A stretch of 64,000 nt of DNA, from assembly GCA_018397065.1 (NCBI GenBank), contig JAGTRI010000002.1:23746-87745 (forward strand), read 5' to 3'. Shown piece by piece: positions 7,799-16,675 of this stretch. The DNA comes from Candidatus Bathyarchaeota archaeon. GTDB taxonomy: Archaea; Thermoproteota; Bathyarchaeia; Bathyarchaeales; DTEX01. Within the stretch, counting starts at the first letter, position 1. Each line of letters begins with the position of its first letter. The notes below the pieces were generated by a model. That model searched no databases. It was not told the origin of the DNA and saw only the letters and a program-made list of their open reading frames with translations. The translations under genes were made by a program, and so were the position numbers.

Positions 7799-9966
7799 CT
7801 CCTCTGAATCTGCTCAACCTTCTGTTCCTCAGCGAACTGAGCCTGATAAAGCTGGCTGTACAGTCCACCTGTCTTCATTAGCTCCTCGTGGGTTCCGACC
7901 TCAATGATCCTGCCTTTATCCATGACAACTATGCGGTCAGCATTCTGCAAAGTGGAAAGCCTATGCGCAATAATGATGGTCGTTCGCCCCTTCGCCAAAT
8001 TATCCATCGCCTCCTGAATTTTCCTCTCCGTTAAAGTGTCAACCGAGGAAGTAGCCTCATCCAATATGAGAATCTTAGGCTCCATAATAATTGCCCGCGC
8101 AATCGCAACCCTCTGTCTTTCTCCGCCTGAAAGCCTCCAACCCCTGTCTCCAACGTTCGTGTCGTAAGCCAAAGCCTGCTCCATCGCGAACTCGTGAACC
8201 TTCGCAGCCTTCGCCGCAGCAATAATCTCATCCAGAGACGCATCCTGACGGCCATAAGCAATGTTGTAGGCAATTGAACCATAAAACAGCAGTGGATCCT
8301 GAAGAACAAGCCCAATCTGAGACCGTAAACATGTGGTCTTGATCTTTTTCACGTCCACGCCGTCAATCTCGATGCTTCCCTCAGTAGGATCGTAAAACCG
8401 CAAAAGCAGCTTAGTTAAAGATGTCTTCCCTGAACCACTCGGACCGACGATACCAATTTTCTCTCCAGGCTTAACCTCCAAGTTAATATCGCTTAGAATG
8501 GGAATGTACGGATTGTACCCGAAACTCACATTCTTCAGTGTAATCGCTCCTTTAAACGGAAACTCCACAGCGTCAGGAGCATCCTTAATCTCAGGTTCAA
8601 CCTGCATGATCTCGAGAACCCTTTCGCTTGAGGTAATGGCTTGCTGAAGAGGCTCAAAAATCTGGCTGATCGTCTGAATTGGCCCATAAAACATCCACAT
8701 ATAATTAATAAACGCAATCAAAGAGCCAAGAGTCACGGCTCCCGAAAGCACCTCTTGCCCGCCCACCCACCAGATGATTGCCGAGCTTGTGGACAATGAG
8801 AAGCCTATCAACGGGAAAAACTCGATGTGCAGCTTAGTAATGCTGAGGTTAGCGGCAACCGACTTCTTCATCTTGTCAATTAAACGGTTAATCTCAAACT
8901 TTTCCTGCGTAAAGGTTTTCACAACCATCACGCCCGGAATTGTGTCCCACAACAGTGAACTAATGTCCGCCCACCTTCGCCAAGACCTATGGTAAATCTT
9001 GTGACTTTTCCTTCTGAACAACGTTATTCCAACAACGGTTATTGGGACAGGAATCAAAGCGAAAGCAGCGAGATAAGGATTCATCGAAAAGATGATTACG
9101 CCAATCCCAACGATCTGCAGGGCGCTGATGATGAGGGTTTGCATGCCCCACGTTAGAAACCACTGAACTCTGCCCACGTCGTCAGTGACCCTTGACATTA
9201 CGCGGCCAGAGCTCATCTTGTCATAAAAGCCCAACGAAAGCTTCTGAAGATGCTCGTAAACCTGGATGCGGATATTGTATATGACCCTTTGACCGAGGTA
9301 GCTAAGCGTGTAACTCTGAGCTGGACCGAGAACTGCGTTAGCTGCATAAACAGAGATAAAGGCCGTCACAACAAAAAAGAGCGCCTGCACGTTTCGGTTT
9401 CCAAAAACATCGTCAATAAGCATCCTCGTAAGAATAGGCGGCGTAAGACTAATCGCCGTAATCATCAAGGACAGAACCAACGCCAAAATCGTATAATGAA
9501 GATGAGGCCTTAAATGGCCCATAAGCCACTTCAGCGTCTGGCTTTTTTTGAACTCACTTTTTTTCGTGAAAAAATATTCTAGAAAATCCTCGTCGACAGC
9601 TTCTAGGTTTATCTCTTTCCTTGCAACCTTGTCTATAAGCTTCGCCGCGTTGTGGAACTCCTCCATTTGTGCTCGTGAGAACCTTATTACCGACGTTTCT
9701 CCATCGCCCGTTTCAACAAGCAACTCAGCGTTACCCACGTAGTCCTTGACAGTTGTGGAGCGAATTGAGGTCAAAGGAATCGTTAAAACATGCTTGGTTT
9801 CAGGGTTAACGGTGACTACTTTGGCTTTTGTGAGAACCAGCCATCTTTCGCCGAACTTTCCGTTTTCATCGATGTCGCTTGAAACGAAGTAAACGACTTT
9901 CTCATTTTCTTGAAGAACAGTACTCAGCAGACTAGCTACCTTTTCAGGAAGCTCTTCTTCTACCAC
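7795..9966 (-). CDS. ABC exporter, fused permease/ATPase (MsbA-like), with extra ~140-aa N-terminal soluble domain
   Basis: Six-TM exporter region, Walker A GPSGSGKTS, signature LSGGERQR, Walker B ILILDEATS. 723 aa versus about 580-600 typical. Confidence 0.9.
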   Translation of the reverse strand: MVEEELPEKVASLLSTVLQENEKVVYFVSSDIDENGKFGERWLVLTKAKVVTVNPETKHVLTIPLTSIRSTTVKDYVGNAELLVETGDGETSVIRFSRAQMEEFHNAAKLIDKVARKEINLEAVDEDFLEYFFTKKSEFKKSQTLKWLMGHLRPHLHYTILALVLSLMITAISLTPPILTRMLIDDVFGNRNVQALFFVVTAFISVYAANAVLGPAQSYTLSYLGQRVIYNIRIQVYEHLQKLSLGFYDKMSSGRVMSRVTDDVGRVQWFLTWGMQTLIISALQIVGIGVIIFSMNPYLAAFALIPVPITVVGITLFRRKSHKIYHRSWRRWADISSLLWDTIPGVMVVKTFTQEKFEINRLIDKMKKSVAANLSITKLHIEFFPLIGFSLSTSSAIIWWVGGQEVLSGAVTLGSLIAFINYMWMFYGPIQTISQIFEPLQQAITSSERVLEIMQVEPEIKDAPDAVEFPFKGAITLKNVSFGYNPYIPILSDINLEVKPGEKIGIVGPSGSGKTSLTKLLLRFYDPTEGSIEIDGVDVKKIKTTCLRSQIGLVLQDPLLFYGSIAYNIAYGRQDASLDEIIAAAKAAKVHEFAMEQALAYDTNVGDRGWRLSGGERQRVAIARAIIMEPKILILDEATSSVDTLTERKIQEAMDNLAKGRTTIIIAHRLSTLQNADRIVVMDKGRIIEVGTHEELMKTGGLYSQLYQAQFAEEQKVEQIQRR

Positions 9967-10147
9967 GTTTCAAGCCTTCCACGTTATTCTTGCAAAAGAC
10001 GAAATTCTCATCTTTAAGGCTTTCGCTAAACTAATCAATATAAACAATTTTTTCTGAGACTCTATATTTGAAAATCATCTGACATAGAACGAATGTAACA
10101 CAAAATTACTGAAAAAAGACCTTTGAGATCGGATGTTTTTCTTTGCC

Positions 10148-11206
10148 TTAAATCACTTGGACACTTGAAGCTTTGAACGTTAAGAAGACATCTGAACCTA
10201 CGTGAAGTTTCAAGTCGTCAAGCGAACGCCTTGTGATTTGAACAGTGAACAGTTTTCCCTTGACGTCCACTTTGACTTTGACGACGTTTCCGGCGTCCAC
10301 AATCTCGACGATTCTGCCCTTAAAAAAGTTTCTTGCACTTGAGGCAAAATGTTTCTTGGAAACAATGACCTCTTTTGGGTCGATGAAAACTTGAGCCTTG
10401 CCTTGAACTTGGGCTGTTGTCTCAATTTGGACGCCGTTCCCGATTTCCACCACAGTCGTGCCCCCATCAGAAGATTTCGCGTCGCCGACAAACGTGTTCT
10501 CAACAGCAGCGAAGCTAGCTAAGGTTTTTGAAAGGCTTGAGAAAACTTCAGCTGCGGTTCCAGACTGCTCTATTCTTCCGTTCCTAAGCAAAGCGATTCG
10601 TTGAGGAAGACTTTTCGCCTGAAAAATGTTGTGAGTCGCCACAACAAACGTTGTCCCCAATTCGTGGTTAGCTGTGCTAATAACATCTTCAATAATGGTG
10701 GCATTTCTAGGGTCAAGATTAGCAGTCGGCTCGTCTAACAAAACAAGTTTTGTATGCAAAACCAAAGCCCTTGCCAAAGCCACTCTTTGCTGCTCTCCAC
10801 CAGAAAGGCGATTGGCGTACCTATTCTCGAAGCCCCGAAGTCCCACGAGGTCTAAAACGTCGCTGACCTTTTTCCTAATCGTGTCTTCAGGGACTTTTCT
10901 TAGCTTTAACCCATAGGCAACATTTTTGTAAACCGTTGTGTTGAAAACCACTGTCTTCTGAAAAACCATTGTGGTTTGCATACGCAACTCTTGAATGTTC
11001 CCTTCTGTGACTTTAGTTCCGTTAAAATACACTTCGCCGCTTGAAGGTTTCTCGATCAAAGCCAGAATCCTCAGAAGCGTCGTTTTACCTGAACCGCTCG
11101 GTCCAAGTACAGCCAAGATTTCGCCCTCATGTACCTCGAGGTTTACGTTGTCTAACGCTTTGACTTCGTTATAGGTCTTTGAAATGTTTCTCAGCTCAAT
11201 CATCAA
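10148..11206 (-). CDS. tupC: tungstate ABC transporter ATP-binding protein with C-terminal TOBE/Mop-like domain
   Basis: GPSGSGKTT, LSGGEQQR, LLDEPTANLD, and a C-terminal NFFKGRIVEI..VKVKVDV beta-barrel. In an operon with tupB and tupA. Confidence 0.8.
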   Translation of the reverse strand: MMIELRNISKTYNEVKALDNVNLEVHEGEILAVLGPSGSGKTTLLRILALIEKPSSGEVYFNGTKVTEGNIQELRMQTTMVFQKTVVFNTTVYKNVAYGLKLRKVPEDTIRKKVSDVLDLVGLRGFENRYANRLSGGEQQRVALARALVLHTKLVLLDEPTANLDPRNATIIEDVISTANHELGTTFVVATHNIFQAKSLPQRIALLRNGRIEQSGTAAEVFSSLSKTLASFAAVENTFVGDAKSSDGGTTVVEIGNGVQIETTAQVQGKAQVFIDPKEVIVSKKHFASSARNFFKGRIVEIVDAGNVVKVKVDVKGKLFTVQITRRSLDDLKLHVGSDVFLTFKASSVQVI

Positions 11207-11208
11207 AC

Positions 11209-11904
11209 CTACTTTCTTCTCCTTTGGACAAGGTTAACCGCGAGGGTTATGCCGAAGACCACTAGAAACAGGATTATGGTGAGCGCTATGCTGAGTTCAA
11301 CGTCGACGCCTTTGACCGTCTCGTTCGCAATCGTTGTCGTAAGCACGCTGGTAAACCCAGGAATGTTTCCTCCAATCATCTGGGCGATCCCAAGCTCCGC
11401 AACTGCTCGGTTAAAACCCGTCACAATAGCCAATACAACGCCATCTGAAGTTTCCTTGAAAACGGTGAAAAGGGCTTGGTCTTCTGATGCACCAAGCGTC
11501 TTCGCTAAATCCTGAATTTCCGAGCCTACAGCCTCCAAGGCATTGGCAACGAAGCTCACAATGATAGGCGTAACCAAAACAGCCTCACCAAGTATAATTG
11601 CGGAGGGAGTGTAAAGCAAGTGCAAAAAGCCGAGGACTCCTGTTCTGCGAATAAGCAAGTAGAGAATTAAGCCCAATCCTACGGTTGGTATGCCAATTAA
11701 CGCATTAAAAAGGCCTTTGATGAAAAGTTTTCCACGAAAGTTTTTAAGCCCCAAAGGAACCGCAATCGGGATTCCCCACAGGGCTGCCAAGAGCACCGCT
11801 GCTCCAGAAACGTACAGTGAACGAAGGGTTACGTCAATAACAGTTGGGTCTCCAGAGATTATAAGCTGGATGGCTTTAATGAATCCTTCTATTAGTTCGT
11901 CCAA
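11209..11904 (-). CDS. tupB: tungstate ABC transporter permease
   Basis: 231-aa multi-TM MetI-like permease lying between the binding protein and the ATPase. Confidence 0.8.
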   Translation of the reverse strand: MDELIEGFIKAIQLIISGDPTVIDVTLRSLYVSGAAVLLAALWGIPIAVPLGLKNFRGKLFIKGLFNALIGIPTVGLGLILYLLIRRTGVLGFLHLLYTPSAIILGEAVLVTPIIVSFVANALEAVGSEIQDLAKTLGASEDQALFTVFKETSDGVVLAIVTGFNRAVAELGIAQMIGGNIPGFTSVLTTTIANETVKGVDVELSIALTIILFLVVFGITLAVNLVQRRRK

Positions 11905-11945
11905 TTCGGTCTCTCCATTTTTTATCTATGACCAAACAAATCATA

Positions 11946-12923
11946 TTAACCATACAGGTCATCCTGATTGTAACGGTACTCAGAAGGACACTCTGTGCCG
12001 TTAATGAATGCGTTTTCCCGAATCCACTGCGCAATCTCGCTGTCCGGCTCTTCTTTCAAAACCTTAGCAGCTCCATAAAACAAGTTTTGCCCATATTCGG
12101 GTACTCCGTAATTTTCTATTAGAGTTTGTCCTTCGTTGGATACAAGGTATTTGATGAAAGCTATTGAGTCTCGAAAGTTGATTGCAGAATGAAGCGTCTG
12201 GTTAGCTAAAATGGATGGCCTAACAGCAATCACGCTATAAACATTCACTAAGTCTTTTCCTCGAGTAACAAGCGGCACAAGCTCTATCAGTCTTTGCGTA
12301 AAGTAAGCAAGATACGTTCCCATGTCTGTAAGCGTGTAGCCAAGGTACTCGTCCGCCATCATCAAAGTTTCGCCCATTCCACCTTGTCGGCTGACATACC
12401 AAGTTTCCTTAGACAATGAGGAGTAGTTGAAGTCGGCCTTCTCCCAAAGGATCTTTTCCGCATTGTGCGTACCCGAGTTGTCGCCACGCGAAACCCAAAC
12501 ATAGCCCGCTCGGCTTCTTCCGTAATTCGCTATTCGCTGCAGCGCCTCGACTGGGGCGGTTCCGTTTATGCGGGCCGGGTCTGACGGCGGACCAATTATT
12601 GCGAAAAAGTTGTATGCAACGATTTTCCTGCAGATTCCTACGCCATTAGTGAGGAAAGACGCCTCTAAACTTGGCGAATGCACAAGCACAACATCTGCGT
12701 CTCCATTTTTAGCATGCTGAATTGCCAAGCCTGTTCCCGCCGAGATAATGTGGATGTCCAACGAGTATTTTTTCTTGAACTCTACTTTTATTGCGTCAAG
12801 CAATCCTGTCTCATAAAGGCTAGTTGTTGTCGAAATAATGAGTCTTTTCGAGGCAAAATATTCGAGGTAAATCCAAGACCCAGAAATTACGAGGATCGTG
12901 ACTAAAGATGCCGCTATGACCAT
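11946..12923 (-). CDS. tupA: tungstate-binding periplasmic-type substrate-binding protein
   Basis: TTTSLYETGLLD, SAGTGLAIQHAKNGDADVVLVHSP, SRGDNSGTHN and TLTDMGTYLA match the TupA pattern. The ORF is open to 13025, but M35 (12923) precedes the signal anchor. Confidence 0.8.
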   Translation of the reverse strand: MVIAASLVTILVISGSWIYLEYFASKRLIISTTTSLYETGLLDAIKVEFKKKYSLDIHIISAGTGLAIQHAKNGDADVVLVHSPSLEASFLTNGVGICRKIVAYNFFAIIGPPSDPARINGTAPVEALQRIANYGRSRAGYVWVSRGDNSGTHNAEKILWEKADFNYSSLSKETWYVSRQGGMGETLMMADEYLGYTLTDMGTYLAYFTQRLIELVPLVTRGKDLVNVYSVIAVRPSILANQTLHSAINFRDSIAFIKYLVSNEGQTLIENYGVPEYGQNLFYGAAKVLKEEPDSEIAQWIRENAFINGTECPSEYRYNQDDLYG

Positions 12924-13015
12924 TTTCTTTATTGTCTGCACTATGGCCCACCGTTGTGCATAGCCATCTATTTCGGTAGTATAATTTATAAAACTTATCG
13001 TCGTAACAATGATCG

Positions 13016-13360
13016 ATGAAAACACAAAAAATTACAGTAGCCTACAAAATCTGGCTAGAAAAAGACGGAAAACCAATGCTTGGCAAAGGCGGAGCCCAAA
13101 TCTTAGAAGCCATAAAAACCGAAAAATCAGTCTCCAAGGCAGCTGAAAAACTTGGCATGTCGTACCGCTACGTGTGGAACTACGTAGACCGTATGAACAC
13201 AATCCTGGGAGAACCCGTAGTCAAAGCCTACCGAGGAGGAAAACAAGGAGGCGGAGGAGCAAACCTCACAATGCAGGGCGAACAACTGCTTAAAAAGTTC
13301 AAACAAACAGAAAAACGCATAAAAGAAACACTAACAAACAAACAGCGCCCAAAGGCCTAA
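13016..13360 (+). CDS. ModE N-terminal-domain-like winged-helix regulator (molybdate/tungstate responsive)
   Basis: GGAQILEAIKTEKSVSKAAEKLGMSYRYVWNYVDRMN matches the ModE HTH region. Divergent from tupABC. Confidence 0.75.
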   Translation: MKTQKITVAYKIWLEKDGKPMLGKGGAQILEAIKTEKSVSKAAEKLGMSYRYVWNYVDRMNTILGEPVVKAYRGGKQGGGGANLTMQGEQLLKKFKQTEKRIKETLTNKQRPKA

Positions 13361-13392
13361 TACATAATCAAAGGTGAATAGTCAAGAAATTT

Positions 13393-13421
13393 GACTGCAC
13401 TATATATAGCCCTTCCCCCTC
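13393..13421. promoter_or_regulatory. TATA box abutted by a C-rich (G-rich on the other strand) box
   Basis: GACTGCACTATATATAGCCCTTCCCCCTC. Related to the elements at 38632-38660 and 44714-44744. Confidence 0.6.
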
Positions 13422-13571
13422 TTTATGCGGTACACTAATAAAAAGACGCAACAAAAATCAAAGAAAACAACAGCTAAACAATAATCACATTACATGCATT
13501 TTACATACCAAAATCCAATATACTTGTTCTACTGAAACAATTCAATAAAATCAACAAAGAGAGGGACAGGT

Positions 13572-14564
13572 ATGAAGAAACTAAAAATAGGCATAATCGG
13601 ATGTGGAGGAATCGCAGGAGTCCACGCTGAGAGGCTTAAAACACTACCTGAAGTTGAATTGACGGCCTTCGCCGACATCGTTGAGGCTAACGCAAAAACA
13701 TTTGCACAAAAGTACAAGGGAACATCGTACAGCGACTGGCAAAAAATGGTAGACAAAGAAAAACTGGACATCGTCTACATCTGTTTGCCTCCATTTGCAC
13801 ACACAAACGAGGTTGAGGTCGCCGCGGAAAAGGGCATCCACATCTTCATCGAGAAACCCATAGCGCTAAACATGAAACTAGCAAGAACCATGGTCTCGGC
13901 AGTCGAAAAACACCACATCAAAAGCCAAGTTGGCTACTGCCAAAGATTCAGCCACAGCGTTGAGGAGGCTAAACGCCTAATCCAAACAGGAGAAGCGGGA
14001 GAACCAGGGCTGGCAGTCGGATTATACTGGTGCCACTTTCTCGGCGGAGAGTGGTGGAGAAACAAAAACAAAAGTGGAGGCCAAATTGTTGAGCAGTCTA
14101 CACACCTCTACGACGCACTTCGCTACCTGTGTGGAGACGTCGATGAAGTCTACGGGCAAATGAACATAAAATTCTGGACAGACATACCCGACTTGACCAC
14201 AGAAGACGTTAGCAGCTCAACATTCCGATTCAAGTCAGGAGCTATTGGAACAATCTCAGCGACAACTTGGGGTGCAGCTTCACAGTGGTGGCTTCGATGG
14301 ATAATTGCTGCTAAAAACTACACTCTTGTCTGCGAAAACAGTGATGCGTTAACCCTTTATTCAACAACAAAAGCTGATGAAATAAAGACAACAACAGAGC
14401 AAAGAGACGTTTACCTACTTGAAGCCAAAGACCTCATTAATGCAGTTTTAAACGATGGAGAAACAAGAACTCCAATTCAAGAAGGCGCAAAAACGCTTGA
14501 GTTCACCCTTGCAGCCCGAACATCCATGGAAACAGGAAAACCCGTGAAATTGCCGTTACCATAA
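13572..14564 (+). CDS. Gfo/Idh/MocA family oxidoreductase
   Basis: Rossmann N-terminus KIGIIGCGGIAGVHAE and EKPIALN motif. Confidence 0.9.
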   Translation: MKKLKIGIIGCGGIAGVHAERLKTLPEVELTAFADIVEANAKTFAQKYKGTSYSDWQKMVDKEKLDIVYICLPPFAHTNEVEVAAEKGIHIFIEKPIALNMKLARTMVSAVEKHHIKSQVGYCQRFSHSVEEAKRLIQTGEAGEPGLAVGLYWCHFLGGEWWRNKNKSGGQIVEQSTHLYDALRYLCGDVDEVYGQMNIKFWTDIPDLTTEDVSSSTFRFKSGAIGTISATTWGAASQWWLRWIIAAKNYTLVCENSDALTLYSTTKADEIKTTTEQRDVYLLEAKDLINAVLNDGETRTPIQEGAKTLEFTLAARTSMETGKPVKLPLP

Positions 14565-14581
14565 AAAAGGGAGGAAGAAAC

Positions 14582-15382
14582 ATGAAAAAAGGAGTCAACG
14601 CTTGGATTTACCCCTCGAATTTTAGGATTGAACAAATTCTTGAGGCTTCTGCGCAAATAGGATTCGAAGGAGTCGAACTGAACCTAGACGAAGAAACACT
14701 AAAAATTTCGAAAACAGAGAGGAGAGCCATAGCGGAAAAAGCAGCATCATTAGGACTTGAGTTACCGAGCCTATGCTCAGGACTATTCTGGAAATACAAC
14801 TTAGCAAGCCCAGACCAAAAAATACGGGCAGAAGGAGTTGGAATCATTAAAAAAGGCTGCGAGTTCGCCGCAGACATTGGTGCCTCAGTATTACTCGTTG
14901 TTCCAGCAGTCGCGGTTTCCGAGGTCACGTACCAGCAAACTTGGGAGTGGTCAAGGCAAAGCATTGAAAAAGCCATTCCAACAGCAGAGGCTTGCAGCGT
15001 AACTTTAGGCATAGAGAACGTTTGGAACAGGTTCCTGTATAGTCCGCTGGAATTCAAAAGGTTTATAGAAGAATTTGGAAACCCAACAGTAAAAGCTTAC
15101 TTCGACATCGGAAACATGCACTTCCTAAGCTTCTCGGAGCAGTGGATTAGACACCTCAAAGACTTAATTGTATGCGTCCACGTCAAAGACTTCCACCGTC
15201 CCACCATGCAGTTCAAACCTTTATTAGAAGGCGACATACCTTGGCCTAAAGTGATGGAGGCGCTGCGAGAAACAGGATACAATGGTTTCATGAACATTGA
15301 GCTGCCCCCATACCCAAGTCACCCATTAAAGTCAGCAATGGACAGCAAAACGGCTTTAGACCTAATTCTGTCGATGAAATAG
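14582..15382 (+). CDS. sugar phosphate isomerase/epimerase (xylose isomerase-like TIM barrel)
   Basis: GFEGVELN, LGIENVWN and VHVKDF are typical of AP endonuclease 2/xylose isomerase-like barrels. Confidence 0.85.
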   Translation: MKKGVNAWIYPSNFRIEQILEASAQIGFEGVELNLDEETLKISKTERRAIAEKAASLGLELPSLCSGLFWKYNLASPDQKIRAEGVGIIKKGCEFAADIGASVLLVVPAVAVSEVTYQQTWEWSRQSIEKAIPTAEACSVTLGIENVWNRFLYSPLEFKRFIEEFGNPTVKAYFDIGNMHFLSFSEQWIRHLKDLIVCVHVKDFHRPTMQFKPLLEGDIPWPKVMEALRETGYNGFMNIELPPYPSHPLKSAMDSKTALDLILSMK

Positions 15383-15477
15383 CTTGAACAAGCGGGCAAC
15401 GACTTTTTCTCCAATTTTTTAACAAAAATGTAGGCTTAATAGGCGCCTCGCTCAAAATATAATGAAGGGACACATCT

Positions 15478-16671
15478 TTGAACAGAGAAAAAACAAAAGC
15501 GAGGCAAGAAAGGACGCCTCTAATCTTTCGTGAACGTTACTTCTCACTTTTTACAGGTCCAGAACCTGAAACGTTGCACGCTGACCTCTATCAAAGGCTG
15601 ATTGACGACGGAACAGACGAAATCGTTAAGCAACTGAAGACCTACAACGAGAGCCGAAAGAAAATGTTAAGCGAAGTTCGCGACAAAATAAAAATTGGTA
15701 AACTCAAACACGACGAAGAAGCCGCAAATATACGAGTTGTCGCCTCCGACGCTGGATACAACGGCGTTGACTTAAGGTCAGCTTATCTGCCGCTTTACGC
15801 CTCTGTCGCCATCATCGCTGAAGGATGGACAATACTTCATGAACCCCACTATAAAGCAGGGACTCCAGATGTATGGTCAGATGAGCCAAGACCACAGGAC
15901 AGAGAAGCCCTATTAGCTGCCAAGATTCAATACCAAGTTACAGAGGAAGCAGTAGAAAAGTGGGAACCACAGCTTGTCGTGTTTGACGGAACCTTATCCA
16001 TGCATTTTCTTCTCTTACCTCCAACCAATTTTTCCGAGGATTACCAAAGAGATGTTGATGAAACCATAAGATGCGCCGTTAACCTGTTGCAGACATGCTA
16101 CATGAAAAAAATTCCAATTGTAGGCTTCGCAAAAAGGACGAGGATGAACCAAGTCTGTAGGTCGTTCGGCAACTCTCGGATGAGAGACACAGCGCTTATG
16201 GACCTCATTCTTAACCTTGGCGAGTACACCGAACCTGAGGCTAAACCAACAAAAGGATACGTAATTGACAATTATCGGGAAAAAGCAGCCGAGTTCGGTG
16301 TGCCCGATCAGATAATTCAGAAAATCACGAACTTTTACTCCTCTTACATTCGAACTGGATTGACAACTCCATATAGGCTGGAAATTCCCGAATATTGCCT
16401 CGACCGCTTAGAAGAGATTGGAACCGTGCTTTACACAACTTCAGAAGAGGAAACCGGGATACCGTTCGTCATAAACGAAGCTGACCGCCTAACGAAGATT
16501 ACGACAAGCGTCTCGAACATAAGAACGCTTATGATTTATGCTAAGGCTTTGGAGCTTGTTGAAAAGGGCGAAATGGACTCAAAAGATTTAACGATGCTTG
16601 CCCTACAACATGGAGAACCTTGGATAATAGATGGTAAAGAGGCGCTCTCAGATATGACAGGAGGAAAATGA
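15478..16671 (+). CDS. nurA: NurA-domain 5'-3' nuclease
   Basis: RVVASDAGYNG, LVVFDGTLS, GFAKRTRMN and INEADRLTK resemble NurA catalytic motifs. Ends 4 nt before herA. TTG start is uncertain. Confidence 0.7.
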   Translation: MNREKTKARQERTPLIFRERYFSLFTGPEPETLHADLYQRLIDDGTDEIVKQLKTYNESRKKMLSEVRDKIKIGKLKHDEEAANIRVVASDAGYNGVDLRSAYLPLYASVAIIAEGWTILHEPHYKAGTPDVWSDEPRPQDREALLAAKIQYQVTEEAVEKWEPQLVVFDGTLSMHFLLLPPTNFSEDYQRDVDETIRCAVNLLQTCYMKKIPIVGFAKRTRMNQVCRSFGNSRMRDTALMDLILNLGEYTEPEAKPTKGYVIDNYREKAAEFGVPDQIIQKITNFYSSYIRTGLTTPYRLEIPEYCLDRLEEIGTVLYTTSEEETGIPFVINEADRLTKITTSVSNIRTLMIYAKALELVEKGEMDSKDLTMLALQHGEPWIIDGKEALSDMTGGK

Positions 16672-16675
16672 AGGA

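Noticed and set aside
12924-13025. A longer tupA start at 13025, overlapping the divergent regulator start at 13016.
   Set aside because: The extension (MFSSIIVTTISFINYTTEIDGY...) precedes the obvious signal anchor that begins at M35. It would also leave no promoter space between the divergent genes.
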